A stretch of 64,000 bases of DNA from Candidatus Doudnabacteria bacterium (lineage in GTDB: Bacteria > Patescibacteriota > Doudnabacteria > UBA920 > O2-02-FULL-48-8), in contig JBBCGO010000001.1 of assembly GCA_037200925.1 (NCBI GenBank), positions 888,235 through 952,234 of the forward strand. Reading direction: 5' to 3'. The position numbers and the translations under genes were made by a program. Every line of letters starts with the position of its first letter. Position 1 is the stretch's first letter. Below are positions 54,956 through 63,892 of this stretch, piece by piece. Below the pieces are notes generated by a model, which worked only from the letters and a program-made list of their open reading frames with translations, was not told the DNA's origin and searched no databases.

Positions 54956-56839
54956 CTATAATGTGATCTTATAAAGCTTATTGTCGCCCAAAATATACAG
55001 GCTGCGTGAACTTTCATCCACGGCCAGGTCAAAAAGTTTATCCAGAGTCGGCAAATATATCTGGTTTAAGAGTTGTCCGTTCTTATTGAGGATGACAACC
55101 CGCTTTTTGTTTGCTTCCAGAATATAAAGGTTGGATCCGACAAAGATCTTCGTGGCATTGGTGATCGGGTCACTCAGAGCCGGATAGGGGAAAGACTGGG
55201 CCTTATTATTGGTTATCTTCTCAATTTTGTCCGTAAACAGCAGATAAATGTCTTTGTCGGCCCCCAAGTCGCGGATATTTTCCTGGCTTCCCGTACTGAT
55301 ACCGACGCTTGAATACTTATTTTTGGTAAAATTGGTTTTGATAACCTGGCCGGCGGCCGGGTTGAGGGTATATAAATTGCTGCCGAAAGTTGCAAGGCCA
55401 ATGAACGCGCTACTTGGCGTGGTGACAATCGGTTCAAACTGCTTCAGGGTCGGGTCAATATGATAAATGCTGTCGCCCGATGTCACCACTACGCCGGCCG
55501 GATTGAAGTAATTGATGCCGGTAATGTCGGACTTCAGGCTGTTAAGCAAAAAATAATCATTCAGGCTGGAATCATAAAGGGACAATGAATTGGAATCTTT
55601 ATTTGCAAACAAAAAGCCGATACTTGCGCGGGAGACATAGACGGGCGAGTGCTTCAATTCCACAAAAACCTTAGGATCAGCGATCGTACTGACTTTATTG
55701 ACCTGATCTTTAAGCTTCTGAAGTTCCCCTGAAAGTCCGTCGGCTTTGGAAGCGCTGAGCTTCTGCAGGGCGGTGAAATCAGATTCAGCCTGGGCCAGGG
55801 ATTGGAAAGCCTCTTTATCGTTTTTATATATAAGAGCTGACTGCGCATCAGACATATCATTGGCAAGGTTTTGAGCCAGTACATCGATGTTGCTTTGGGA
55901 TTTTTTGCCGTGCGCCTTTATGGCATAAACGCCAAGATTTCCCAGGAACAGCAGCAGGAAGATAGAGAAGCTGATGAAGAAGAATTTTCCCGATGTGCTG
56001 AGGTTTTGAAAAAATCCCAGCTGTAAGCGCGGCATCTTGGGAAGGCTGAATCGCGGCTTTTGTAATTTGGGCAAGGCCGGCATTGCCCAAGAGCTTTTAT
56101 TTTGTTCCTCGTTTTCCTCCTGCATCGGGGCGTAAATAGAGTTTGCCCTTTCTTGGGCAGGCTTAGCTTCCACGGCTGTTTTTTTGCCGAAGCTTAAGAA
56201 GAAAGAAGAAAATCCCTCTTCCGAGCTTTGCGAATCTTGCAGGATCTTTGAAATCTCGTTCGCGGCTTCTCCCAGCGGTTTGTTGGCAAGGATCTTTGAG
56301 AATAGTTCGACCGAAATGAAATTAAATATATTTGAAGTGGTGATGATGACGCCGTCGCCTTCCTTTAATCTTCCTTGGGTGAAGTTCGTGAATGTTTTCA
56401 GGGGATGGATCCCGTGCTTTTCGGATTTAAGTATTTCCAAAAGCTCCGATTTGCGCAAAAGCCAGGCGGATGTCTGGCCGTCATTCGCAATGTAAATATT
56501 CTCGCCGGATTTGAGGGCGATCAGGCAGGAAAATTTGCCAACCCAGGATTTGTGCCCCGAATGGGCCAGATCCGCCAGGTTCTGGTTGACCTGGGCCAAT
56601 GCTGATTCAAACAGCGTTTCTGCTGCCAGTTTTTTATTGGCGTGGAAGGATTCCAGGATAATTTCAGAGATTTTTTTGAGGTCTTGTGCTTCTGATTTGC
56701 GCAGCAGATTTTTCAATTCGGCCAAAACAAACAAATGAGCCGAGTTGCTTATCTCTTCTTCATATAAAATCAAAGAAGATTTTTTACTCTCCGGATCTGT
56801 CAGATAAATTTGATTGATTTCTGTTTCCAGCCGCGCCAT
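54956..56839 (-). CDS. Membrane protein with a degenerate PP2C-like N-terminal domain and a C-terminal beta-propeller (NHL-like)
   Basis: FESAL..VN..L, I.I...G...A.LLR and G.L..GD.V... pattern, central TM segment, C-terminal LYIL.....RVVIL.K.G.L..Q repeats. Confidence 0.65.
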   Translation of the reverse strand: MARLETEINQIYLTDPESKKSSLILYEEEISNSAHLFVLAELKNLLRKSEAQDLKKISEIILESFHANKKLAAETLFESALAQVNQNLADLAHSGHKSWVGKFSCLIALKSGENIYIANDGQTSAWLLRKSELLEILKSEKHGIHPLKTFTNFTQGRLKEGDGVIITTSNIFNFISVELFSKILANKPLGEAANEISKILQDSQSSEEGFSSFFLSFGKKTAVEAKPAQERANSIYAPMQEENEEQNKSSWAMPALPKLQKPRFSLPKMPRLQLGFFQNLSTSGKFFFISFSIFLLLFLGNLGVYAIKAHGKKSQSNIDVLAQNLANDMSDAQSALIYKNDKEAFQSLAQAESDFTALQKLSASKADGLSGELQKLKDQVNKVSTIADPKVFVELKHSPVYVSRASIGFLFANKDSNSLSLYDSSLNDYFLLNSLKSDITGINYFNPAGVVVTSGDSIYHIDPTLKQFEPIVTTPSSAFIGLATFGSNLYTLNPAAGQVIKTNFTKNKYSSVGISTGSQENIRDLGADKDIYLLFTDKIEKITNNKAQSFPYPALSDPITNATKIFVGSNLYILEANKKRVVILNKNGQLLNQIYLPTLDKLFDLAVDESSRSLYILGDNKLYKITL

Positions 56840-56898
56840 ATTCGGGTTTTATAATAGCATATTTTAATCATTGAGGCTATTTATGCTATAATATTTGC

Positions 56899-57489
56899 AT
56901 GTTGGCACAGCTTTTATCATCTAAACCTAAAGCGAATCTGATCAATCTGTTTTTGGCGCACCCCCAGCGCAGTTTTTCTTTCAAAGAATTGAAGATGAGC
57001 AGTTTATGCCCGAATAAATTGCTCAAAGAAACTTTGAAAGAGCTGGACAAAATGGACTTTTTGTCCGTGACGCAAAAAAACCGCGTAAAGTATTATCAGA
57101 TGAACCGGCATTTTCCGCTTTATCCGGAGCTTTTAAATCTTTTGCGGAAAGTAAAAAAAGTGCCTGTGGATCTTCTGGCCAAACAAGCCGCAAGGTTGGG
57201 CGATTGCAGGCTGGCAGCCTTGACCGGGGTATTTGTGGGCAGGCCAAGAATTGAGACCGATCTTTTGTTTGTGGGAAAGATCAGCCCGAAAAAACTGCAG
57301 GGCTTTTTGAAATTCGCGGAAAAGCTGGCCGAGCAGCAGGTCAGCTATACCGTATTCAGCGTCCAGGAGTTTGAATACCGCAAACTCATGAACGACAGGT
57401 TTGTCAAGAATATCCTGGAAAATGACCCGGTATTGGCTGTCGATAAAATGAAGCACCGGACTTTATCTAAGATCGTTTATAAATTTTGA
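56899..57489 (+). CDS. Winged-HTH + nucleotidyltransferase-like protein
   Basis: L.QLLSSK....L..LF, YYQ.N..FPLYPEL, LTGVF......DLLFVG and YTVF...EF.YR....DRF motifs. Confidence 0.7.
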   Translation: MLAQLLSSKPKANLINLFLAHPQRSFSFKELKMSSLCPNKLLKETLKELDKMDFLSVTQKNRVKYYQMNRHFPLYPELLNLLRKVKKVPVDLLAKQAARLGDCRLAALTGVFVGRPRIETDLLFVGKISPKKLQGFLKFAEKLAEQQVSYTVFSVQEFEYRKLMNDRFVKNILENDPVLAVDKMKHRTLSKIVYKF

Positions 57490-57519
57490 TCTATTAATAA
57501 CTCATAACGATAAAAAAAT

Positions 57520-57756
57520 ATGGAACAAATTTCCTCCATTTATAATCAATTCTTAAGTTTTTTTCCTGCCAATCTCCATGGCCTCGTTTCTTTGGTCCTG
57601 GCTATCCTGATCGTGATAGGCATTTTCAAAGTCATCCGCAAGGATTTCATATATATTATTTTGTTGATCGTCCTGCTGCCGGCCTCGGTGCCGATCCTAA
57701 AGAACATCTGGGAAAGCCTGGTAAATATCTTAAATTTCCTGTTGTCAAAGAAATAG
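57520..57756 (+). CDS. Small membrane protein
   Basis: 78 aa with two hydrophobic helices. Confidence 0.7.
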   Translation: MEQISSIYNQFLSFFPANLHGLVSLVLAILIVIGIFKVIRKDFIYIILLIVLLPASVPILKNIWESLVNILNFLLSKK

Positions 57757-57844
57757 GATGTTTTGACGTTTCAGAAACTATCCAGTATAATATTTGCAAT
57801 ATTAAGATCCGCAGACTCGCGGATCAGAAAGTCACATATTCAAT

Positions 57845-57961
57845 ATGGATGACGACGGCAAGATGCCACCAGATGACATGCCATCAGATGATACCGCTGA
57901 TAAGAAAAAGGATGATGGCGCGGAAGATACTGGTACAGGCGACGAAAGTGATGTTATATAG
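57845..57961 (+). CDS. Small highly acidic peptide (38 aa)
   Basis: MDDDGKMPPDDMPSDDTADKKKDDGAEDTGTGDESDVI, with TTGACG and TATAAT boxes upstream at ~57763-57791. Confidence 0.45.
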   Translation: MDDDGKMPPDDMPSDDTADKKKDDGAEDTGTGDESDVI

Positions 57962-58225
57962 CAAGGTATCGGAAGTTTGATCAGCTGCTGACAAAGGTTA
58001 AAGTAAATTTGTGATCAAACTTCGACATTTTATCAAACTGCTAAAATTATCCAGTAGGGGAGTTCGATTATTCCGGGAAACTCGGATCAACTTCCACTAC
58101 TGGATTAGAGGCAGTTTTTTAGTGGATAACCTGATTGTGGAGTAAAATTTAACTAGTTGACCAAGTTTAGCAATTCTGTTGCAATTTAGCCTTATTTGAG
58201 GGCTTTTTTTGTTTGATTAAACTCT

Positions 58226-58300
58226 TTGACGAGTGGTTTAAGGTGGATTATAATGATTAGGAAGTGGTAAGTTGTGGATAAAAGTGGGGAAAAGTGGAAA
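58226..58300 (+). promoter_or_regulatory. dcw promoter with MraZ-binding repeats
   Basis: TTGACG-N17-TATAAT (58226-58254). GTGG at 58233, 58243, 58264, 58274, 58284 and 58294 (10-bp phasing), upstream of mraZ. Confidence 0.8.
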
Positions 58301-58334
58301 ACTATCTTTGAACCTCAAGGAAACAGGAAAATCA

Positions 58335-58766
58335 ATGTTTATCGGGGAATATACAATCAGCATGGATGCCAAGGGGCGAATCGCAGTTCCTTCAAAATTC
58401 CGCAGCCTTTTGAACACCGCAGCCGTGGTCACTAGGGGATTGGATCAAAGCTTGTTCTTATATCCGCGGAAAGAATGGGAAGTAATTGCGGCCAAGCTGG
58501 CTGCCCTGCCTTTGTCCAAAGCCAATTCCCGGGCATTTTCACGTTTGATGCTGGCCGGGGCATGGGATATTGAGCTCGATAAGCAGGGGCGCATCATGAT
58601 CCCCGAATATTTGCGCAAATTTGCCGGGTTGAGCAAAAAAATTGTTGTGGCGGGTTTATACGACCGGATCGAGCTCTGGGATGAGCAGACTTGGTTGGAA
58701 TATAAGAGAAACACGGAACGGGAAAGTACGAAGATCGCCGAAGAATTGGGGGAGTTGGGAGTTTAA
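58335..58766 (+). CDS. mraZ: Transcriptional regulator MraZ
   Basis: MFIGEY....DAKGRIAVP.KFR, VVTRGLD..L.LYP and DKQGRI.IP.YLR motifs. Confidence 0.96.
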   Translation: MFIGEYTISMDAKGRIAVPSKFRSLLNTAAVVTRGLDQSLFLYPRKEWEVIAAKLAALPLSKANSRAFSRLMLAGAWDIELDKQGRIMIPEYLRKFAGLSKKIVVAGLYDRIELWDEQTWLEYKRNTERESTKIAEELGELGV

Positions 58767-59726
58767 ATGCATGTCCCGGTACTTCTTAAGGAAGTTCTAG
58801 AATATTTAAATGTTCAGAAGGGGAAAAAGTTTGTTGACGGCACAGCCGGGGGAGGGGGGCATATTTTTGCCATCAAACATGCCAATCCGAAAGCAAAAAT
58901 TTTAGGTATTGATTTGGATCAAACCTCTTTGGATAACTTGCAGACTGAAGTTGACCAAAAAGGCTTGGGCCAAACCATCGAGCTGGTCCAGGGAAATTAC
59001 AGGGATATTGATAAGATCCTCAGCGCGGCAAAGTTCGGTTCGGTCGACGGGATATTGGTCGATTTGGGTTTCTCGTCAATGCAGCTGGACCATCCAGACC
59101 GGGGTTTTTCCTTCCAACAGGATAGCCCTTTGGATATGCGATATGACACCAGTTCCAAGTTAACCGCGGCAGATGTGGTTAACCGGTACCACCAAAAAGA
59201 GCTGGAAAAGGTAATTGCCGAGTTTGGAGAGGATCGGTTTTACCGGCGAATTGCCCAGGGTTTGATCGCATCACGCAAGGCCAAGCCGATCGAAACCACA
59301 AGCCAACTGGCCGAGTCCGTAAGAAAGGCTGTTCCGCCTCAGGTCAGATTTAAGGCCAATGACAATATCAGGCGGGTGTTCCAGGCGATCCGGATCGAGG
59401 TCAACCGGGAACTTGAGAATTTGAAGATATTTTTGCCGAAAGCATTAGACTTGCTGACTCCTGCCGGGCGATTGGTAATAATTTCTTTTCATTCACTTGA
59501 AGACCGGATCGTCAAAGAATTTTTTCGGGAACAGGCAAAAGATTGTATTTGCCCGCCGGAGTTCCCGATGTGCGTGTGCGGTAAGGCTTCGAAACTTAGA
59601 ATTTTGACGCGCAAACCGGTAACGGCAACCGAACAGGAACTTGAGGAAAACCCCAAGAGCAAACCGGCGAAGCTTAGGGCCTGCGAAAAAATAGAAAGTG
59701 CGAAAAAAATTAAAACTAAATATTAA
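58767..59726 (+). CDS. rsmH: 16S rRNA m4C1402 methyltransferase RsmH
   Basis: HVPVLLKEV, DGTAGGGGH, DLG.SSMQLD...RGFSF....LDMR, FQAIRIEVN.EL and ISFHSLEDR motifs. Confidence 0.96.
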   Translation: MHVPVLLKEVLEYLNVQKGKKFVDGTAGGGGHIFAIKHANPKAKILGIDLDQTSLDNLQTEVDQKGLGQTIELVQGNYRDIDKILSAAKFGSVDGILVDLGFSSMQLDHPDRGFSFQQDSPLDMRYDTSSKLTAADVVNRYHQKELEKVIAEFGEDRFYRRIAQGLIASRKAKPIETTSQLAESVRKAVPPQVRFKANDNIRRVFQAIRIEVNRELENLKIFLPKALDLLTPAGRLVIISFHSLEDRIVKEFFREQAKDCICPPEFPMCVCGKASKLRILTRKPVTATEQELEENPKSKPAKLRACEKIESAKKIKTKY

Positions 59727-59737
59727 AGGCGGCAAAA

Positions 59738-60073
59738 ATGCGTGATTTAACACTAGCGATTCCCGTGGGATTTACTAAAAAAAGAACTGGGAATTCCGTT
59801 TCCAATAAAATTTTGAATCTGTCTATTTTGGTTGCTACATTGTGTTTCGGATTTATCTACCTGTTTGAGATCAATGCCATGGGGACAAAAGGCTATCAGA
59901 TCCGAAGCCTGGAGCAGCAGGTCAGGCAGGTGCAGGAGGTGCAGAAGAATTTGCAGCTTCAGACCTCCGATCTGCAATCAATCAACAGGATCCAATTGCT
60001 GGCCCAAACTTTAAATTTTGTCCCGACCACCAATGTCACTTATCTTAAAGATTCCGATTTTGCTCTCAAATAA
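59738..60073 (+). CDS. ftsL: FtsL-like cell division protein
   Basis: Between rsmH and the PBP gene. One TM segment followed by a leucine-zipper-like coil. Confidence 0.65.
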   Translation: MRDLTLAIPVGFTKKRTGNSVSNKILNLSILVATLCFGFIYLFEINAMGTKGYQIRSLEQQVRQVQEVQKNLQLQTSDLQSINRIQLLAQTLNFVPTTNVTYLKDSDFALK

Positions 60074-60084
60074 CCGAGCTTTTC

Positions 60085-61830
60085 ATGAATAAGGCTGTGA
60101 AAGCAAATCCACCGCCGTCAAAAAATTCTTATAATCTAAGAATTTTTTTGTTAATGCTGCTGCTGACTTCTTTTATCGGCGTGATCGGCATCAGGCTGTT
60201 TAATCTGCAAATTTTAGACCATAGTTATTACAAGGCTTTGGCATCAAATCAGCATGGACTTGAAACCACTATCGATCCGCAGCGGGGGCAAATTTATCTG
60301 CAGCCAGTAAACCCCGATTCACAGCCGCTGCTGGTGGCGACGAATCTGAGCAAAAATATGGTTTTTGCCATTCCGAAGCAAATTCCCGATAAAGCCGCGG
60401 CTGCAGCAAAACTTGCCCGCTTGCTTGATATGTCCGTAAGCGATTTGCAGGCAAGAATAAGCGGTCCCAGTTATGTGGCGTTAAAAAAGCAATTGACCGA
60501 TGATGTTTCGGCCAAGATCAAGGCCCTCAAAATTCCCGGCATTTATTTGGAAGCCCAGAATATCCGGTTTTATCCGGAAGATAATCTGGCCAGCCAGGTT
60601 TTGGGATTTTTGGGCTTCAAAGGAGACCAGCGGGTCGGCCAATACGGAATTGAGGGAAAGTTTGAAAAAAATTTGGCCGGTGACAAGGGTTCGCTGGGCA
60701 CGGATACTGACCAGACCGGCAGCTGGATCTCTCTATCGGGGCGCAATCTGGTGCCGGCTACCGACGGAGACGACATTTATCTGACGATCGATCCGACCAT
60801 CCAGTATAAGGCTCAGCAGGTTTTAGCCGACACTGTGAAGGCGCATCAAGCCGATGGCGGCAGTGTGGTCATCTTAAATCCCAAAACCGGCGCGGTACTG
60901 GCAATGACTTCGTTCCCTGATTTTGATCCTAATAACTACGGCAACGTGACAGACCCTTCGGCCTTCAGCAATCAAGTACTGACAGAGCCGTATGAACCGG
61001 GATCGGTGTTCAAGGGAATCACCATGGCTGCGGCGATCGACACGGGCAAAGTAACCCCTGATACGACATTTGAAAACACCGGTTCCGTCCAGGTGGACGA
61101 TAAATTGATCAAAAATTCCGATCCTACGCTTTTTTTGGGCACGCAGAATATGATCACGGTTTTGGACGAATCGCTGAACACGGGCGCGTATTTCGCGGAG
61201 CAGCAGATCGGCAACGATGTTTTTAAAAATTATGTTGAAAAAATGGGTTTCGGCAAACCGACGGGTTTTGAGCTGCCGGAAGTGGCCGGCAATCTGAAAA
61301 ATCTTGAGCAAAAAGGCAATGTGTTCTTTGCCACGGCATCATTCGGCCAGGGTATTACAGTTACCCCTCTGGAACTGGCCCAGGCTTATTCCGCACTTGC
61401 CAATGGCGGCAAAATGGCCAAACCATACATTGTGGCAAAGATCGTGCATCCCGACGGGTCCCAGGATGTGACCAAACCCGCTGATCCGGTTGAGGTCATC
61501 AGCCCCAAGACCGCCTCTACGGTTTCAGCCATGCTCGTGGATGTGGTGGAGAACGGCCATGGGAAAAAAGCCGCAGTCAAAGGCTATTACATCGCAGGCA
61601 AGACAGGAACCGCGCAAGTCCCGCTGGTCGGCAAGTCAGGATATGATCCCAATAAAAATATCGGGTCCTTCATCGGATTTGGCCCGGTGGACAACCCGCA
61701 ATTCGTAATGCTGGTGCGCATTGATAATCCGAAAGACGTAAAATTCGCCGAAACCACAGCTGCGCCGGCATTTGGCGAGATAGCCAGTTTTATCCTAAAC
61801 TACCTGCAGATTCCTCCCTCTAGACAATGA
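60085..61830 (+). CDS. ftsI: Class B penicillin-binding protein (FtsI/PBP2-like)
   Basis: RG.I, R.YP, G..G.E, EPGS.FK (SxxK), SLN (SxN) and GKTGTAQ motifs. Confidence 0.9.
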   Translation: MNKAVKANPPPSKNSYNLRIFLLMLLLTSFIGVIGIRLFNLQILDHSYYKALASNQHGLETTIDPQRGQIYLQPVNPDSQPLLVATNLSKNMVFAIPKQIPDKAAAAAKLARLLDMSVSDLQARISGPSYVALKKQLTDDVSAKIKALKIPGIYLEAQNIRFYPEDNLASQVLGFLGFKGDQRVGQYGIEGKFEKNLAGDKGSLGTDTDQTGSWISLSGRNLVPATDGDDIYLTIDPTIQYKAQQVLADTVKAHQADGGSVVILNPKTGAVLAMTSFPDFDPNNYGNVTDPSAFSNQVLTEPYEPGSVFKGITMAAAIDTGKVTPDTTFENTGSVQVDDKLIKNSDPTLFLGTQNMITVLDESLNTGAYFAEQQIGNDVFKNYVEKMGFGKPTGFELPEVAGNLKNLEQKGNVFFATASFGQGITVTPLELAQAYSALANGGKMAKPYIVAKIVHPDGSQDVTKPADPVEVISPKTASTVSAMLVDVVENGHGKKAAVKGYYIAGKTGTAQVPLVGKSGYDPNKNIGSFIGFGPVDNPQFVMLVRIDNPKDVKFAETTAAPAFGEIASFILNYLQIPPSRQ

Positions 61831-63095
61831 AGAAGCTAATTCAGAAAATTCTATACGGTTTGGCAAAACTAACCCTGGCCCGCTATCGGCCCAGGGTTAT
61901 TGCTGTCACCGGAAGCGTGGGGAAAACTTCCACGACAGGAGCTATCGTTAAAGTTTTGGAGACCAAGTTTTCGGTCAGGGGCAGTGCGGGCAATTATAAT
62001 AATGAATTCGGAGTGCCTCTGACTATTATCAATGAAAAATCCGGGGGGAGAAATCTGCTGCTTTGGATATTGATTATCATTAAAGCCGTGCTTAAGTTAA
62101 TCTACGCCGATTACCCGCAAGTGCTGGTCTTGGAATTGGGCGCTGACCGCCCGGGCGATATCGGATACTTAGCCGGTATGCTGGGCAGGATCGAGATCGG
62201 GGTTTTAACTGACATCGGCATAAGCCATCTGGAGTTTTTTTCCAGTCAAAGCGAACTGGCTAAGGAGAAATGGACTTTGATAAAAAAACTGGATCGCAGC
62301 GCCCTGGCTATCCTTAATTTTGACAACCCGAAGATCTTTGAATACAGAACCCAGGCTAAAGCGGATGTTTGGGGTTATGGATTCAATCCTTCTGCCCAGA
62401 TAATGATCTCTGATTTTCAGATCATCCGGGTGAATGACAAGTGGGGAGTGAATTTCAAGATCCATCATAACGGCAATGTCGTGCCTTACTTTTTGCCGGA
62501 CGCTTTGGGCAAACCGCCGGTGTATGCGGCGGCGGCCGCAGTAGGATGTGCTGTCAGATTTGGCATTGATCTGGCCACAGCTTCCGAAATATTAAAATCA
62601 TTTTCACCGCCTCCCGGGCGGCTGCGGATGCTGTCCGGCATCAAGAATACGCTGATCATTGATGATACTTATAATGCGGCTCCTGATTCGACCTTTGCAG
62701 CGCTGGAAGCCTTGAGCCAAATTTCATCCGGGCGCAAGGTTATAGCGTTTGGCGGCATGACAGAGTTGGGAAACAAGACGGAATCAGGACACAGGGAAGT
62801 GGCGGGGAAAATTATGGAAAATAATATCGACCTTGTTTTTCTGGTTGGCGAAAATGCCAGGATAGTTGAGCATGAATTGCGTAAACGCAAGTTTGGCGGC
62901 CAAGTAAAGTGGTTTGAAACCGCAGACCAGGCACGCATCCCGATCCAAGATGAATTACGGGAACAAGATACGATCTTGGTGAAGGGCTCGCAGGCCGGCC
63001 GTATGGAAAAGATCGTAAAAGAGATAATGGATGAGCCTCTTCGGGCAGAAGAATTGCTAGTCCGGCAATCCCAAAAATGGCTGGCCACGCCATAA
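61827..63095 (+). CDS. murF: UDP-MurNAc-tripeptide--D-Ala-D-Ala ligase
   Basis: AVTGSVGKTST, NYNNEFGVPLT, IIDDTYNA.P, M.ELG and LVKGS...ME motifs. Confidence 0.9.
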   Translation: MKKLIQKILYGLAKLTLARYRPRVIAVTGSVGKTSTTGAIVKVLETKFSVRGSAGNYNNEFGVPLTIINEKSGGRNLLLWILIIIKAVLKLIYADYPQVLVLELGADRPGDIGYLAGMLGRIEIGVLTDIGISHLEFFSSQSELAKEKWTLIKKLDRSALAILNFDNPKIFEYRTQAKADVWGYGFNPSAQIMISDFQIIRVNDKWGVNFKIHHNGNVVPYFLPDALGKPPVYAAAAAVGCAVRFGIDLATASEILKSFSPPPGRLRMLSGIKNTLIIDDTYNAAPDSTFAALEALSQISSGRKVIAFGGMTELGNKTESGHREVAGKIMENNIDLVFLVGENARIVEHELRKRKFGGQVKWFETADQARIPIQDELREQDTILVKGSQAGRMEKIVKEIMDEPLRAEELLVRQSQKWLATP

Positions 63096-63142
63096 TTATG
63101 GGTTTTAGTTTTAGCCAAAAGTGAGTATAATAGTGTAGTTCC

Positions 63143-63263
63143 CGAAAAATTTGAGTCGCAACCGCCGAAGGCGGTGAGAACAAATTTTTCGAGAGGAGCA
63201 GCAAGTAAACCGTAGCGCTTTTGACGAAGTCAAAACGCGAAGTGTTTACCGGACTGCGACGAA
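63143..63263 (+). repeat. Structured repeat element, copy C (abuts tRNA-Glu +1)
   Basis: CGAAAAATTTG-AGTCGCA-ACCGCC-GAA-GGCGGT-GAGAA-CAAATTTTTCG-AGAGGA-GCAG..GTAAAC..GCG-[TTTTGAC-GAA-GTCAAAA]-CGCGAA..GTTTAC..CTGC-GACGAA. Confidence 0.85.
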
Positions 63264-63338
63264 GGCCCTATCGTCTAGTGGTTAGGACAGGTGGTTCTCA
63301 TCCACCAAACCCGGGTTCGACTCCCGGTAGGGTCACCA
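63264..63338 (+). tRNA. tRNA-Glu (anticodon CTC)
   Basis: GGCCCTA...TAGGGTC-A-CCA, anticodon arm GGTGG-TTCTCAT-CCACC. Confidence 0.94.
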
Positions 63339-63367
63339 AATATCATTTATTAAAATTAAAAATCCAA

Positions 63368-63880
63368 ATGATCCTAAATCAACTTCATGATTTCCTCCTG
63401 GCCAGCGTCGGCGCCTCAGCTTCTTTTATCGGTTTGCTGTTTGTGGCTTTAACTTTGGTCATGGAGCGCGGAGACGTCAACAGCACAGTTTCGGCAAGGG
63501 ACCGCGTTTTGGCCGAGAGCGCGTATACGGCGCTGTTGACCATATTTTTTATCTCACTTGTGGGCCTTATTCCGAATGCGGATATCAGCTGGGTCCTCAT
63601 CGTCTTTGGCTTATTGGGTCTTACGCAGTCCTTGCGCATGTTCATCGGCGGAAAAAAACATCACGTTTACATAGGCAATAAATTGATCCTTGTTGCCCTG
63701 ATAATTGTTTATCTGGTTATTGTGATATATGGCGCATATCTGCTCTCAAACACTGAAGCCATGCTCAATCTTGACATATTCTTCACTATAATTTTTATCC
63801 TGTACAGCATAGCACTGGGACGGTCCTGGGCTCTCATTGGCCTAAGAAACAACTCTTCCAATAATAAAAAAGAGCTTTAA
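63368..63880 (+). CDS. Hypothetical multi-pass membrane protein
   Basis: Start re-set to the ATG at 63368 because the longer ORF overlaps the tRNA. F.LASVGASA.FIGLLFVAL motif and about 5 TM segments. Confidence 0.75.
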   Translation: MILNQLHDFLLASVGASASFIGLLFVALTLVMERGDVNSTVSARDRVLAESAYTALLTIFFISLVGLIPNADISWVLIVFGLLGLTQSLRMFIGGKKHHVYIGNKLILVALIIVYLVIVIYGAYLLSNTEAMLNLDIFFTIIFILYSIALGRSWALIGLRNNSSNNKKEL

Positions 63881-63892
63881 TAATTATTGCTC

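Noticed and set aside
58040-58285. Replication origin (oriC)
   Set aside because: Only one perfect and one or two degenerate DnaA boxes, no dnaA/dnaN nearby, and the GTGG repeats are explained by MraZ binding.
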